Shown here piece after piece: positions 49,629-59,703 of a DNA stretch of 64,000 nt (positions are counted from its first letter, which is position 1; each line of letters starts with the position of its first letter). The notes under the pieces were generated by a model. That model did not search any database. It was given only the letters and a program-made list of their open reading frames with translations, and was not told the DNA's origin. Made by a program: the position numbers and the translations under genes. Location of the stretch: contig CAZQUL010000001.1 in NCBI GenBank assembly GCA_964596525.1, positions 951,723 to 1,015,722 of the forward strand. The letters are read 5' to 3'. This DNA is from an uncultured Gammaproteobacteria bacterium (GTDB lineage Bacteria; Patescibacteriota; Patescibacteriia; Magasanikbacterales; GWA2-37-8).

Positions 49629-50651
49629 ATGCCTCGTCATTGCAGTGCTAAAGAGGCGGCTCGCATCCTTAAAGAAGGGGGAGTCGTGGTATTTCCTACC
49701 GAAACCGTATATGGACTTGGCGCCGTAGCCACGCTCCCGGCGGCAGTTGATAAAGTATTTACGGTCAAGCGCCGTCCGCGCGATAATCCCCTTATTTGCC
49801 ATTTTTCGTCCATCGAAGACGTGATGCGGTGGAATATTTCTATCCCACCATCTGCGCGCGAGCTTATGACTGCATGGTGGCCTGGACCGGTTAGTTTTCT
49901 TCTGGATCTTCCGGCCGGTTCACCTCTTACGCCTGCAACACTTGGTCGGCCAAGCGTTATTTGTCGCGTTCCCGACCATCCGGTGGCGCTTGAACTTATC
50001 CGCGAAGTCGGCACGCCGATTGCGGCCCCTTCGGCCAACACATCCGGCCGCGTGAGCGGGACAGAGCTGGCCATGATCGAGGCGGACTTGGGAGAAGCAG
50101 TCGATGGTTATGTAGATGGGGGCCCTTCGGTCGTCGGTCTGGAGTCTGCGATCATTGATGCGCGATTACCAGGTGAGGTGGTGATATTGCGACCGGGCGT
50201 TATTGGCCGTGATGAGATTATTGCCACGCTCAAACATTCGGTGGAGGAGGGTCGTTTGGCAGCTCTACCTGCAGTCTCCTACGCTACGGGCGAGGGACGC
50301 GAAACAACGCCTGGTAGCCGGTATCCGCACTATGCCCCGCGCACGCCGCTTGCCTATTGGGATGCCGAGGTATTGCCATCAGGCCCTGCTGCTTTTTTGG
50401 GGACGAGCGAAGCTTTGACCCGCTACGGATTACCGGTATCGACCCATCCGATCGCGCATGAGGGGCGCTGGGTTGTGAATATCGGAAGTAGGCGTGATCT
50501 AAGAGATGTTGCCCGTCTTTTATATTACCGTTTGTACCAGCTTGACTCGTTGGGCGTAGAAAGAGCTTATCTGGTGCGAGAAGATTGGGGTGAGAGCAGT
50601 GCCGCCATCGCTTTGCGCAATCGCTTGGGGAAAATTATCCCGGCCACCTAA
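49629..50651 (+). CDS. tsaC: L-threonylcarbamoyladenylate synthase (Sua5/YwlC type: YrdC plus Sua5 C-terminal domain)
   Basis: GGVVVFPTETVYGLG is the YrdC signature. About 340 aa including the Sua5 domain. Confidence 0.85.
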   Translation: MPRHCSAKEAARILKEGGVVVFPTETVYGLGAVATLPAAVDKVFTVKRRPRDNPLICHFSSIEDVMRWNISIPPSARELMTAWWPGPVSFLLDLPAGSPLTPATLGRPSVICRVPDHPVALELIREVGTPIAAPSANTSGRVSGTELAMIEADLGEAVDGYVDGGPSVVGLESAIIDARLPGEVVILRPGVIGRDEIIATLKHSVEEGRLAALPAVSYATGEGRETTPGSRYPHYAPRTPLAYWDAEVLPSGPAAFLGTSEALTRYGLPVSTHPIAHEGRWVVNIGSRRDLRDVARLLYYRLYQLDSLGVERAYLVREDWGESSAAIALRNRLGKIIPAT

Positions 50652-50722
50652 CCGCCTATCTTGTTTCGAATCTAAAAACTAAGTACACTACCGCAGTACG
50701 TATTTACTTTTATTTTCTTCGT

Positions 50723-51397
50723 ATGAACGTAAAAATCGCTGCCGTTGCTCTCGTTATTTCCAGTGCGCTGGTTGGAGCTGGCTGCCGCTCGACCGTGCCT
50801 AGTACAATCTCTCCCGCGCCCACCTCAACCGGGAGCGTTACGTCGAGTGCGCAGGTTTGGAAGTGGGAGAAAGCCACCTATGATGTAGATGTGACAAACA
50901 GCGTGATGCTGTGGAAAGGGGAGAAAATCACCGGTTCTGCGCATAGCGGTACTATTAAAATAAAAGAAGGTTCGTTTACTGTTCGCGAAGAGGGTGATAC
51001 CCCGGATGTGGCTGGTAAAATGGTGATCGACATGACGAGTCTCGTTTCTGATGAGAAGCTTCCCCAGCTTGAAACCCATCTTAAGGCCGATGACTTTTTC
51101 GGTGTGAAAACCCATCCGACGGCACAATTCGATACGAGCTTTTTCGCGGTGACTGGTGATAGTGCTGGAACCTTGAGCGGCACCCTGACTCTTAAGGGCA
51201 CGGGCAAGTCCATTACCTTTCCGATCACCTGGGAGCGCGTTGCAGAAAATCGTGTGAAGGTGCGTGGTACGACCATGATCGATCGTACCGAATGGGGTGT
51301 CAAATACGGTTCCGGTAAATTTTTCTCTAACCTCGGTGATAACCTCATCAAAGATACTATTTCGCTCAGCTTCGATGTCGAACTCATCAAGAAATAA
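50723..51397 (+). CDS. YceI-like domain periplasmic protein
   Basis: A signal peptide is followed by the YceI pattern (VIDMTSLVSDEKL...HLKADDFFGVKTHPTAQF). Confidence 0.5.
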   Translation: MNVKIAAVALVISSALVGAGCRSTVPSTISPAPTSTGSVTSSAQVWKWEKATYDVDVTNSVMLWKGEKITGSAHSGTIKIKEGSFTVREEGDTPDVAGKMVIDMTSLVSDEKLPQLETHLKADDFFGVKTHPTAQFDTSFFAVTGDSAGTLSGTLTLKGTGKSITFPITWERVAENRVKVRGTTMIDRTEWGVKYGSGKFFSNLGDNLIKDTISLSFDVELIKK

Positions 51398-51457
51398 GGT
51401 ATACAACCGTTTTCTGTAACGGTTCACGCTCTTTAATTCATCATAACCTGCGGCATT

Positions 51458-52024
51458 ATGAAGCACGGTGCATATTTTAGCAGTTTGGCTGCTTTGGTTT
51501 TATCCCTGCTGGCCTTGCCCGTAGAGGCGGCGCTCGTGACCGCTCCCACAGGGACAGCACGCACGACATCTTCGCCTGTGCAGATGCCCACGACGACGGT
51601 CGTAACTTCTACCCCTACCCCTCGTTCGGCCTCATCGAGCGTGCCTTTATCCACGGATTTCATTGTTACGGTAGAAGACATTGTGCGGGGCGGTTATATC
51701 GCCCCGGTGCGCATCACCTCTACGCCCAGGCAGTACCTCGAACCGGTCCGGTATTTTCGCGTAAAGGATGCGATGGCCACGTCTACGCCGGGATGCGGAT
51801 CTTGCAGTATCGTTGCTGTCTACGTAACGCGCCACCTGATCACCTCAACGCCTGAGTGGGCAGCAACCATGAATCCGCGCGTTACCGTGTTTGATGATGA
51901 CCGTCGCAGCGTGGCCTGGTTTGCCGGGAATCGCATCATCTACGTTATTGGTCCGGGCGCAGAAAAACCCCGCCGCTTGGCAGAGTGGCTCCGTCAGCGC
52001 GTGATACTCAACAAGACCTTTTAA
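51458..52024 (+). CDS. Secreted hypothetical protein
   Basis: Signal peptide plus Thr/Ser-rich stretch. Confidence 0.3.
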   Translation: MKHGAYFSSLAALVLSLLALPVEAALVTAPTGTARTTSSPVQMPTTTVVTSTPTPRSASSSVPLSTDFIVTVEDIVRGGYIAPVRITSTPRQYLEPVRYFRVKDAMATSTPGCGSCSIVAVYVTRHLITSTPEWAATMNPRVTVFDDDRRSVAWFAGNRIIYVIGPGAEKPRRLAEWLRQRVILNKTF

Positions 52025-52044
52025 AGGTCTCTAAGATCCGTCGT

Positions 52045-54423
52045 ATGAATCTACCTGGTTCCCATTTTCCCACCATCATGGTCATTTTTGGCGCAACCGG
52101 TGATTTGATGACCAAAAAGATCGCGCCTGCTTTGCTGGAACTTTTTGTTGCTGACCGGCTGCCGAAACTCTTTACCGTTATCGGGGTGTCGCGCCGCAGT
52201 TGGAGTAATGAAGATTTTCAGGCGCATGTGCGTACCATCGTCAGCGCGGCCGCTGAAAACCTCAGGCTTGATGATAATCGGTTGGAGCGGTTTCTCAGGA
52301 TATTCCGTTTCGAGTCCGTGCATTTCGATCGCCCTGCCGATTATACTATGCTCGCCGAACATCTTGGTGCGATTGATGGCGAATGGAAAACGTGTGCCAA
52401 TAAATTATTCTATCTTGCAGTCGCTCCGGATTTCTACAAAACCATTATCCAGGAGCTGCATCGTTCGCATCTTACCGATCCGTGCAATCCTGAAGAAGGT
52501 TGGACACGCGTTATTGTAGAAAAACCTTTCGGCAAAGACCTTAAAAGTGCGGAAGAACTGGAATTGCTTCTTGCCAAGCTCTTTAAAGAAGAGCAGATTT
52601 ACCGCATCGACCATTATCTGGCCAAGGAAATGATCCAGAATATCCTTACCTTCCGTTTTTCCAATGATCTGTTCGAGAATAGCTGGAACCGCGATACTAT
52701 CGAGCGCATCGAATTCCGCGTGTGGGAGACGCTCGGCGTGGAAGAGCGCGGTGCGTTTTACGACGGCGTGGGAGCGCTTCGTGATGTGGGGCAGAACCAT
52801 CTTCTGCAAATGCTGGCCTTTGCCACCATGAACGAGCCGGACAGACTTGATGCCCGTGGGATCCGCCAGAGCCGTTCTGAGATGCTCGCCACTCTGCGCC
52901 CGATCGACAAGAAAGACATGGCGCGTCAGACGTTTCGGGCCCAGTACGATGGCTACAAAACCATCAAAGATGTTGATCCGAATTCTTCTACCGAAACCTA
53001 CTTCAAGATTCTGTGTTATCTTGATCATCCGCGCTGGCAGGGCGTACCGTTTATGCTCGAAAGCGGTAAGCGGATGGGCAAGCGCCAGAAAGAAATCATC
53101 GTGCATTTCAAGCATGTTGAACCATGTTTTTGCCCGACCGAAGGGCCTCACCTCGAGAACCGGGTGCTCTTTCATATGGAGCCGGAAGAAGGCATTAGTA
53201 TTGAGTTTTGGTCCAAAAAACCCGGGCTTGAAGTAGAGCTTGAAAAACGTTCGTTTGACTTTACGCTGCGGCGAGAAGCGCATAAAAAGCAATATGTAGA
53301 AGAATATAAGAAACTTCTTTTGGATTGTATTTTGGGCGACCAGACCTTGTTCGTAAGTACCGAAGAAATGCGTGCTATGTGGAATTTCGTCGATCCGATC
53401 GTGCGCGCGTGGGAGAAGAATGCGGTGCCGCTCGCCACGTACATGCCGGACAACCCTGGTGACGCGATAACATTTAATCCAGTACCCGAGAAGGATACGC
53501 TTAAGCCATCGCTTAAGAAAGAGATCGGACTTGTGGGACTCGGCAAAATGGGGGCCAATTTGGCCCGCCGTTTACATGACAAAGGCTGGCGCGTGGTGGC
53601 CTATAACCGTACCTATGAAGTTGCAGAGGAGCTTGAACGCGAGGGTGTAGTGGAGGCAGTACGAACGCTTAGTGAGTTCAAAGATAAGCTGGCACCGGAG
53701 CGCGTAGTATGGGTAATGGTTCCTTCGGGTGCGGCGGTTGATGAGATGTTTTTTGGTAAAGAAGGATTAGCGCATGTATTGGAAAAGGGCGATGTGGTAA
53801 TCGACGGCGGTAATTCGTTCTATAAAGACGATGCGCCGCGCGCCAAAAAATTGGCCAAAAAAGGCATTCGTTTCATGGATGTCGGCACATCTGGCGGTCC
53901 ATCCGGAGCACGTCATGGTGCATGTCTCATGATCGGTGGCGACGAAAAGACGTTCACCAAGCTCGAGCCGCTTTTCCAAGATATCGCGCTCAACGAGGGG
54001 TACCAATTCTTCCCGGGTGCCGGAGCCGGTCATTTCGTAAAGATGGTTCACAATGGCATTGAATACGGTATGATGCAGGCTATTGCCGAAGGTTTCGGGA
54101 TTCTTAAGAAATCACGCTTTAAGCTCGACGTGGCCAACGTAGCGCGTATTTACAATACGGGAAGCGTTATCGCGTCGCGTTTGGTGGGGTGGGTTATGTC
54201 CGGTTTTAAACGCCATGGAGTTGATCTTAAAAAAGTCAGCTCAACGATTGCGCATACGGGCGAAGGAGCCTGGACGGTTGAGGAGGCGGAGCGTCTGGGG
54301 GTGGATGCACCAATCATCAAAGGTTCGCTTCAGTTTCGTAAGCAGTCGGCCAAAAAGCCGAGTTTTACCGCTAAGGTTGTGGCAATGCTGCGCGGCGAAT
54401 TTGGCGGGCATAGTACTAAGTAG
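52045..54423 (+). CDS. zwf-gnd: Fusion protein: glucose-6-phosphate dehydrogenase (N-terminal ~490 aa) plus short-form 6-phosphogluconate dehydrogenase (C-terminal ~300 aa)
   Basis: The G6PD motifs IMVIFGATGDLMTKK and RIDHYLAKE are present. The linker is then followed by IGLVGLGKMGANLARRL (Rossmann fold), VIDGGNSFYKDD and GAGHFVKMVHNGIEYGMMQAIAEG (6PGDH). It is a single uninterrupted ORF in this sequence. Confidence 0.8.
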   Translation: MNLPGSHFPTIMVIFGATGDLMTKKIAPALLELFVADRLPKLFTVIGVSRRSWSNEDFQAHVRTIVSAAAENLRLDDNRLERFLRIFRFESVHFDRPADYTMLAEHLGAIDGEWKTCANKLFYLAVAPDFYKTIIQELHRSHLTDPCNPEEGWTRVIVEKPFGKDLKSAEELELLLAKLFKEEQIYRIDHYLAKEMIQNILTFRFSNDLFENSWNRDTIERIEFRVWETLGVEERGAFYDGVGALRDVGQNHLLQMLAFATMNEPDRLDARGIRQSRSEMLATLRPIDKKDMARQTFRAQYDGYKTIKDVDPNSSTETYFKILCYLDHPRWQGVPFMLESGKRMGKRQKEIIVHFKHVEPCFCPTEGPHLENRVLFHMEPEEGISIEFWSKKPGLEVELEKRSFDFTLRREAHKKQYVEEYKKLLLDCILGDQTLFVSTEEMRAMWNFVDPIVRAWEKNAVPLATYMPDNPGDAITFNPVPEKDTLKPSLKKEIGLVGLGKMGANLARRLHDKGWRVVAYNRTYEVAEELEREGVVEAVRTLSEFKDKLAPERVVWVMVPSGAAVDEMFFGKEGLAHVLEKGDVVIDGGNSFYKDDAPRAKKLAKKGIRFMDVGTSGGPSGARHGACLMIGGDEKTFTKLEPLFQDIALNEGYQFFPGAGAGHFVKMVHNGIEYGMMQAIAEGFGILKKSRFKLDVANVARIYNTGSVIASRLVGWVMSGFKRHGVDLKKVSSTIAHTGEGAWTVEEAERLGVDAPIIKGSLQFRKQSAKKPSFTAKVVAMLRGEFGGHSTK

Positions 54424-54440
54424 CTTCCGATTTCAAAATT

Positions 54441-54468
54441 AAAGCCGCTCCGGTTAGGGAGCGGTTTT
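54441..54468 (+). terminator. Terminator hairpin (GCCGCTCC-GGTTAG-GGAGCGG plus T-run) for zwf-gnd, overlapping the last codons of the convergent gene
   Basis: Read directly from the sequence. Confidence 0.45.
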
Positions 54469-55143
54469 GGTTTGAAGAAGCTGTTTTAGGTCGTCGCTTG
54501 AAGTGCGCCAGGTTGTTCCGTCGAACCATTCCAAGCCCGCGAATTGCAGTTTATATGTATCGGTAGGTCGTTGCGCAGAGCCGAGGTATACGTATTTTTT
54601 ACCTTCTTGCTTGGCGCGCGCGATGGCTTTAAGCATCATACCAAGACCTAAGTTAGCTGGTAGCTCGTAGGATGTAGCTTGTAGAACGTAGAAAGGATAA
54701 CAGTAGTGGAGCATTTCATCTGTCTCAAGAGCAATGCAGTAGCCAACGGGTTCACTGTGAGAACCTAATGTGTACACGAGAAGTTGGTTGAACGTGCTTT
54801 TGGTCGGGTCAGTGAGGAGTTCTTTTATTTTGTTGGCGCTGAACGTGCCGTCGCCGAATTTTTCCGTATAAAAATCTTTGGCCATTTTGCCGATCGACCA
54901 GTGGTAGGCGGTGTAGGGGAGTGTGAACGACGTAAGCGCAACTTCTTCGGTTTTGCGTAAGATACGACGGTTTTCACTGGTAGGCTCAAACGTTGCAAGA
55001 TTGATACGGATGCTCCGCGTTTGATCGAAGGAGCCATGGCCGCGGCGCGTGGCCACAAAGCCCTGGTTGTACACATCATTGATAATTTGGGGTGTGAGGT
55101 CGATTAATTCACGGGTAGCCCAGGTAAGATAGGTGTGCGTCAT
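54454..55143 (-). CDS. Hypothetical protein (229 aa); possible aminoacyl-transferase/GNAT-like fold
   Basis: The weak C-terminal block YVYLGSAQRP...YKLQFAG resembles the ATE_C/Bpt-like YLGYW..YK..F region. Low confidence. Confidence 0.25.
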   Translation of the reverse strand: MTHTYLTWATRELIDLTPQIINDVYNQGFVATRRGHGSFDQTRSIRINLATFEPTSENRRILRKTEEVALTSFTLPYTAYHWSIGKMAKDFYTEKFGDGTFSANKIKELLTDPTKSTFNQLLVYTLGSHSEPVGYCIALETDEMLHYCYPFYVLQATSYELPANLGLGMMLKAIARAKQEGKKYVYLGSAQRPTDTYKLQFAGLEWFDGTTWRTSSDDLKQLLQTKTAP

Positions 55144-55233
55144 ATGAGCATAGAGTACCGGTGTTTGGGGTGCAAAGCAAGATGGAAATTTAAAAGCCCG
55201 GGCGCGGGCCGGGGCTTTGAGGTTGTGCGTTCT

Positions 55234-55821
55234 CTAGTTGAACGTGTCGATGGCGGCGCTGGCGACCCGCTGGTTGTCTCGGCACTCGGTGCCGATGAAG
55301 CGGGTCATGAGCGGCGTTGCTTCATACGCCGATCGCAAGAAGCAAATTCCATCCTTGGCCCGCGTTACGGCGAACATGCCGCGTGGGTCGCGCTGGCAGG
55401 CCACGAGGTAGCGCATCACAGCGCACTCGGGGCTTCTCTCACGCTCGCAGGCGGGAGGAAGAGAAATGGGGCTGCCCTTCGGCTCGGTGTGAATGAGCTG
55501 CGGCGGGTTCTCTCCCTTGAGATCGGCTGGTGTAATGCGCGTATAAAGGATATCCTCGCCGTTCTGCGCCTCCACCCAGATTCCCACTTCCAGGTGGTCG
55601 ATCCAGAGCGGCATGCGCACGCTATGACCCCTCTGGAGCCGGCCGATCGTCTTCCCGAGGGTCTCCTGGCTCAGCTCGACAGCCTCGGACTCAGGCAGCG
55701 GGCGCTCCGTCGCCTGGTTGACGGAAGGAATCTCGGGTTTGGCGGGCGCCGCCGTTTTGTGGCAGTCGGCGAAGCAAAAAAGAAGGGCTGAAAGACCGAG
55801 AACGCCAAAACGTGTCTTCAT
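55234..55821 (-). CDS. Secreted or lipoprotein hypothetical
   Basis: Signal peptide MKTRFGVLGLSALLFCFADC. Confidence 0.35.
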   Translation of the reverse strand: MKTRFGVLGLSALLFCFADCHKTAAPAKPEIPSVNQATERPLPESEAVELSQETLGKTIGRLQRGHSVRMPLWIDHLEVGIWVEAQNGEDILYTRITPADLKGENPPQLIHTEPKGSPISLPPACERERSPECAVMRYLVACQRDPRGMFAVTRAKDGICFLRSAYEATPLMTRFIGTECRDNQRVASAAIDTFN

Positions 55822-55896
55822 GGTGGGCCTCCTGTTGGCTAACGTGCTGCGCCTAGCTAAAAGGATTATCGCTCATTTGTCAAGATACTCTTTGGA

Positions 55897-57012
55897 TTAT
55901 GCGAAGGCAATCCACACGGCAACAATGACGAAAAAGACGTGGATAAGCCAAAAGCGCATGACGATTTTCTCTTCGTTCCAGCCGGCAAGTTCAAAGTGGT
56001 GGTGAAGGGGTGCCATGAGAAATACTCGTTTTCCAAGTAGCCGGCGGGCTAACACTTGGATGATAACCGTGATGGTTTCGAGGTAAAAAATGAACCCAAG
56101 CAGTGGCAAAAGAAGTGTGCGATTGAGGGCAATGGCATTGATGGCTAGAAGTGCTCCCAGACCAAGTGAGCCCACATCGCCCATCTGAAAACGCGCCGGT
56201 TTGATGTTGAAGTACGTATAGGCAATGAGCGCGCCGGTTGCCGTGGCGTTGAGTAAGGTGAAGGCTGGCAGATCAGCGGCCCAGCTCAAAAGAGTGAGCG
56301 CGCCGAACGTAGCGGTAAGCGCTCCGCCTGCGAGGCCGTCAAGCCCGTCGGCGATGTTGACCGCGTTGGCCGTAAACATGACAAAAAAGATGATGAGCGG
56401 AATAGTGAGCCAGCCAATGTTAACCTGGCCGTCAAAAGGAATCCAGAGCATCTGCCACTGGCTGCCGAGCTTGAAATACACCCACCAGGCGGTAATGGCA
56501 CCGGCCAAAAATTGAAACAGCAATTTTTCGTGGACCTGTACGCCGCGGCCGGGATGTGAGCCAAAAAAACCCGTGTATTCACGGAATACGGCCCAGGGGA
56601 GCGTGCATATGAGCCAGAACCGTACGTACCACAGCTTGTGGACTTTGATAAGGTTCGTCGTTTGGGCAAGCGAGCGGCGGCGGCGTTTTTGGCCAAAGAT
56701 ATTAAGAAGATCATCAGCGGCGCCGAGCAGTGCGGAGATGCCCATGACGCCAATGGGTACGTAGGTGAATTTGCGCACCCAGTTGAAGCTCATGGTGATG
56801 GCCGTGATGGTGATGATGGCAATAATGCCGCCCATGATGGGCGTGCCAACCTTGCGGGCGCGTTCGCCGCCCTGGAGCGTAAAATCAAACTCGCTCCGGC
56901 GGGTAATGTTAAAACGATAGAGTAGCTTGGTGATGATCGGCGTGAGGATGGTGGCAAGAACGGTTGAGCCGATGACGTAGAAAAGCGCTTGATGAAGAAG
57001 GGGAAGAGACAT
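55897..57012 (-). CDS. mraY: Phospho-N-acetylmuramoyl-pentapeptide transferase
   Basis: ARKVGTPIMGG matches the MraY K..TPTMGG motif and QMGDVGSLGLGA matches the DxxGSLxLG motif. About 10 TM segments. Confidence 0.85.
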   Translation of the reverse strand: MSLPLLHQALFYVIGSTVLATILTPIITKLLYRFNITRRSEFDFTLQGGERARKVGTPIMGGIIAIITITAITMSFNWVRKFTYVPIGVMGISALLGAADDLLNIFGQKRRRRSLAQTTNLIKVHKLWYVRFWLICTLPWAVFREYTGFFGSHPGRGVQVHEKLLFQFLAGAITAWWVYFKLGSQWQMLWIPFDGQVNIGWLTIPLIIFFVMFTANAVNIADGLDGLAGGALTATFGALTLLSWAADLPAFTLLNATATGALIAYTYFNIKPARFQMGDVGSLGLGALLAINAIALNRTLLLPLLGFIFYLETITVIIQVLARRLLGKRVFLMAPLHHHFELAGWNEEKIVMRFWLIHVFFVIVAVWIAFA

Positions 57013-57165
57013 AGTAAAAAATCACCCCTAGTCTAGCATAAAGAGCTATTTTAAGCCAAAAAATATCCACATGTTCATTGCGTGTTGCATTTTTATAAGC
57101 TATGATTTGGGGCTCGCTAGCACATAGCTAGATAGAGCAGTGAAACGCAAAAAAAGGAAGGCTCG

Positions 57166-57996
57166 ATGAAGATGTTCAATTCGGTTGGTTCTTTTGTCCG
57201 TTCCACGGCGTTCGTTCTGGGATTTATCTTTGCTGCAGGGTGTAGGGTTACTCCAGGGCCTGGCGAAGAGGCGGTGCTTATCAAGCAGCCAATCCTGCCC
57301 TTTTTTGAGGAAGGAGTTGTTTCTACGCCGGTTAAGACTGGTCTAACGTGGGTTGCTCCTACCACTAGCTCGGTCGTGGTGAATATGCAGCCCCAGCAGT
57401 ACAGCGTGCATCTCGACGACTTTTTTACGAGCGACGGCGTTCCGGTCGATTTTGATGCCATCATCCGTCTCAGGGTAATCGATTCCGTCAGGCTCGTTCA
57501 GGGTTTCGGCGTTGAGTGGTATAAGCACAACGTTGAAAGCGAGTTCATCACCCGTATCCGACAGGCCGTGCGTAAGCATGGCATGAACGAGGTCGCAATC
57601 GATACGCGCGCCATTGATCAGATCGATCAGGAAATTACCGAAGGCATGACCGGGTACCTCAAAACAGCCGGTTTGCCCGTCGAGCTTATCCAGGTGACGG
57701 TTGGCCGTGCCAATCCGCCGGATGCGGTCAAGTCACAGCGCATCAAGACCGCCGAAGAGCAGCAGCGCGCGCTGACGGAGAATCAACGCAAGCTCGCCGA
57801 AGATCAGCGCCGCAATGCTGAGATGAGCCGGGCAACGGCAGATACCGCGTACCGCACTCAGATGGGTTACTCGCCCGAGCAGTATTTACAGCTCGAAGCC
57901 CTGCGGACCCAACGTCAAGTCTGCGGTCCGGACAAGAGCAACTGTACGTTCGTGGTCGGCGCCTCCATGCCGGGGCTCGTCATCAACCATAAGTAA
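57166..57996 (+). CDS. SPFH/band-7 domain lipoprotein
   Basis: Lipobox FAAGC is present. An SPFH-like core with Gln/Arg-rich coiled coil follows. Confidence 0.45.
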   Translation: MKMFNSVGSFVRSTAFVLGFIFAAGCRVTPGPGEEAVLIKQPILPFFEEGVVSTPVKTGLTWVAPTTSSVVVNMQPQQYSVHLDDFFTSDGVPVDFDAIIRLRVIDSVRLVQGFGVEWYKHNVESEFITRIRQAVRKHGMNEVAIDTRAIDQIDQEITEGMTGYLKTAGLPVELIQVTVGRANPPDAVKSQRIKTAEEQQRALTENQRKLAEDQRRNAEMSRATADTAYRTQMGYSPEQYLQLEALRTQRQVCGPDKSNCTFVVGASMPGLVINHK

Positions 57997-58000
57997 ATCC

Positions 58001-58060
58001 CGCGTATGCGGGTAAAGCAAAAAAACGACCGCTCAAAGTTTTGGGCGGTCATTTTAATTT
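58001..58060. terminator. Bidirectional terminator region between convergent SPFH genes
   Basis: Hairpins CCCGCGTATGCGGG and GACCGC...GCGGTC are flanked by an A-run on plus (a T-run on minus) and ATTTTAATTT on plus. Confidence 0.5.
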
Positions 58061-58073
58061 CGTAGGTGTAACC

Positions 58074-58865
58074 TTACTTGAGATTGATGAACGGCACCGA
58101 ATCGCCCATGAGGTACGTTGGCAGGATACCGTTCCATTTTTTTACGGCTTCAAGTTCCACCAGACCTTTGTTTTCTTTGAGCGCTTCGGATTGGATGCGG
58201 ATAGCTTCAGCTTCGGCTTTAGCTTGCACTACGCGCTGGTCGGCTTCATATTTGGTTTGTTCGAGTTTGTTCTTGGCAGCGAGCGCTTGCTGTTCGGCGG
58301 TCACTTTGGCTTCGATCGCTTCGTTGAATGATTCTGAGAACGCGAAGTTGATGATGTTCACATCGGTGACGATAATGTAGCGGTTGGTGAGGCGTTCTTT
58401 GAGGTTTTTGCGGATCTCTTCGCGCACAGCTTCGCGTTTGGTGATAAGTTCTTCGGCGGTGTATTTGGCGGTCGCGGCTTTCACTGATTCTTGCACCGCC
58501 GGGCTTAAGATGGTAGTGCGATACGCCAGGCCAATCGTGGAGTAGAGGAGGCTTTCATTACTAGGTTCAAGCTGGTAATTTACCGCGATCGTCGCACGCG
58601 TGTTCTGCAAGTCTTTGCTCGCGGCAGTCGCTTCGGTTTCGAGTTTTTGCACCTGCATGTCGAGGGTAACCACTTTATCGATGAGCGGTGCTTTGAAGCT
58701 CATACCTGGTTCCAAAACACGTTGAATAGTACCGAAGCGGATGATGATCGCTTTTTCGCCTGGTTCGACGACGGTAAATGATCCTAAACCGATGATAAGG
58801 AGGAGAGCAAGGACAACGATGCTCAGGGTAACTTTACCGATTCTTTTAGGGGTGATGGTTTCCAT
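58074..58865 (-). CDS. SPFH domain / band 7 (prohibitin-like) membrane protein
   Basis: An N-terminal TM segment is followed by FTVVEPGEKAIIIRFGTIQRVLEPGMSFKAPLIDKV, the classic prohibitin/HflK-like start. A coiled-coil C-terminus follows. Confidence 0.8.
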   Translation of the reverse strand: METITPKRIGKVTLSIVVLALLLIIGLGSFTVVEPGEKAIIIRFGTIQRVLEPGMSFKAPLIDKVVTLDMQVQKLETEATAASKDLQNTRATIAVNYQLEPSNESLLYSTIGLAYRTTILSPAVQESVKAATAKYTAEELITKREAVREEIRKNLKERLTNRYIIVTDVNIINFAFSESFNEAIEAKVTAEQQALAAKNKLEQTKYEADQRVVQAKAEAEAIRIQSEALKENKGLVELEAVKKWNGILPTYLMGDSVPFINLK

Positions 58866-58887
58866 ACTAGAGATAAGGAGTAATTGT

Positions 58888-59700
58888 TTAAAAGTTTACA
58901 CGGCGGATTTCAACGATCTCGGCGTCGCGGATTTCATGCCAGGTTTCATTGGCCTCTCCGCTCACGCCGCATTCGCTCCAGCTTTGTTCTTTAAGGTGTT
59001 TTCCGGGCTGAGTGATGGTAATGGTGCCCTCTGCTACGCCGTGGCCATACAGACCTTCGCTCGGCCAAGCACGAGCATGAACATAGTGTATCTGGTCGGC
59101 TTTTACATCAGTAACGAGAATAATGTGGTTGAGGGTGCGCCGCGCTCCGGTTCTAAGAATGGTAATGACATCGCCAGGTTTTACTTCGGCGTAGTTCCAT
59201 CCGGTGGCATCGCTTGCTACTACCTGGGTATTGCGGTCGTTAGCGTACACCGTCACGTCGATATTTTCCACCGGGCGCAGGCGCGTAATGAGGTAGCGGA
59301 TAAAACGACGTTTGGGAACGATAAAGAATTTTTTGACAATATCGATACGGCGCGTTTCCACAAAATGCGCGCGCAACACGTGGGTGACGAAACCAGAGCA
59401 TTCAATGCCAAGACGGTGGTCGATAAGAAAACGGCGCACGGTTTCGGGTGATGCATCGGGCTTTTTTTGGCACAGGCATTGCTCTTCATCCTGATGAAAA
59501 AGATTACCCTTGTACTGGCGGTCAAGGAGCTTGGCTTCAGCTATGATTTCTTCGGGTGTTCCTTTGCCGGCCAAAACCCGGAGTTCACCGCGGCGTTTAC
59601 TGCGAGCGTTGTTGTAATAAGGGCAGCGGATTCCGCGGGTGGTCCCGCACGGTAAGTTAAGATAGAGTTCGATACGGCGTACAGCGCGTTCGGAAAGCAT
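58888..59700 (-). CDS. Cytoplasmic NlpC/P60-family (papain-like, CHAP-related) hydrolase with an N-terminal ~90-aa extension
   Basis: LGIECSGFVTHVLRAHF matches the catalytic Cys motif DCSGFV. NHIILVTDVKADQIHYVHA matches the His motif HVGIY..G...IHA. No signal peptide is present. Confidence 0.55.
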   Translation of the reverse strand: MLSERAVRRIELYLNLPCGTTRGIRCPYYNNARSKRRGELRVLAGKGTPEEIIAEAKLLDRQYKGNLFHQDEEQCLCQKKPDASPETVRRFLIDHRLGIECSGFVTHVLRAHFVETRRIDIVKKFFIVPKRRFIRYLITRLRPVENIDVTVYANDRNTQVVASDATGWNYAEVKPGDVITILRTGARRTLNHIILVTDVKADQIHYVHARAWPSEGLYGHGVAEGTITITQPGKHLKEQSWSECGVSGEANETWHEIRDAEIVEIRRVNF

Positions 59701-59703
59701 AGA

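Noticed and set aside
58888-59010. CGTTRGIRCPYY near the N-terminus of the NlpC/P60-like protein, looked at as a radical-SAM CxxxCxxC cluster
   Set aside because: It has only two Cys residues with the wrong spacing. Not a radical-SAM motif.
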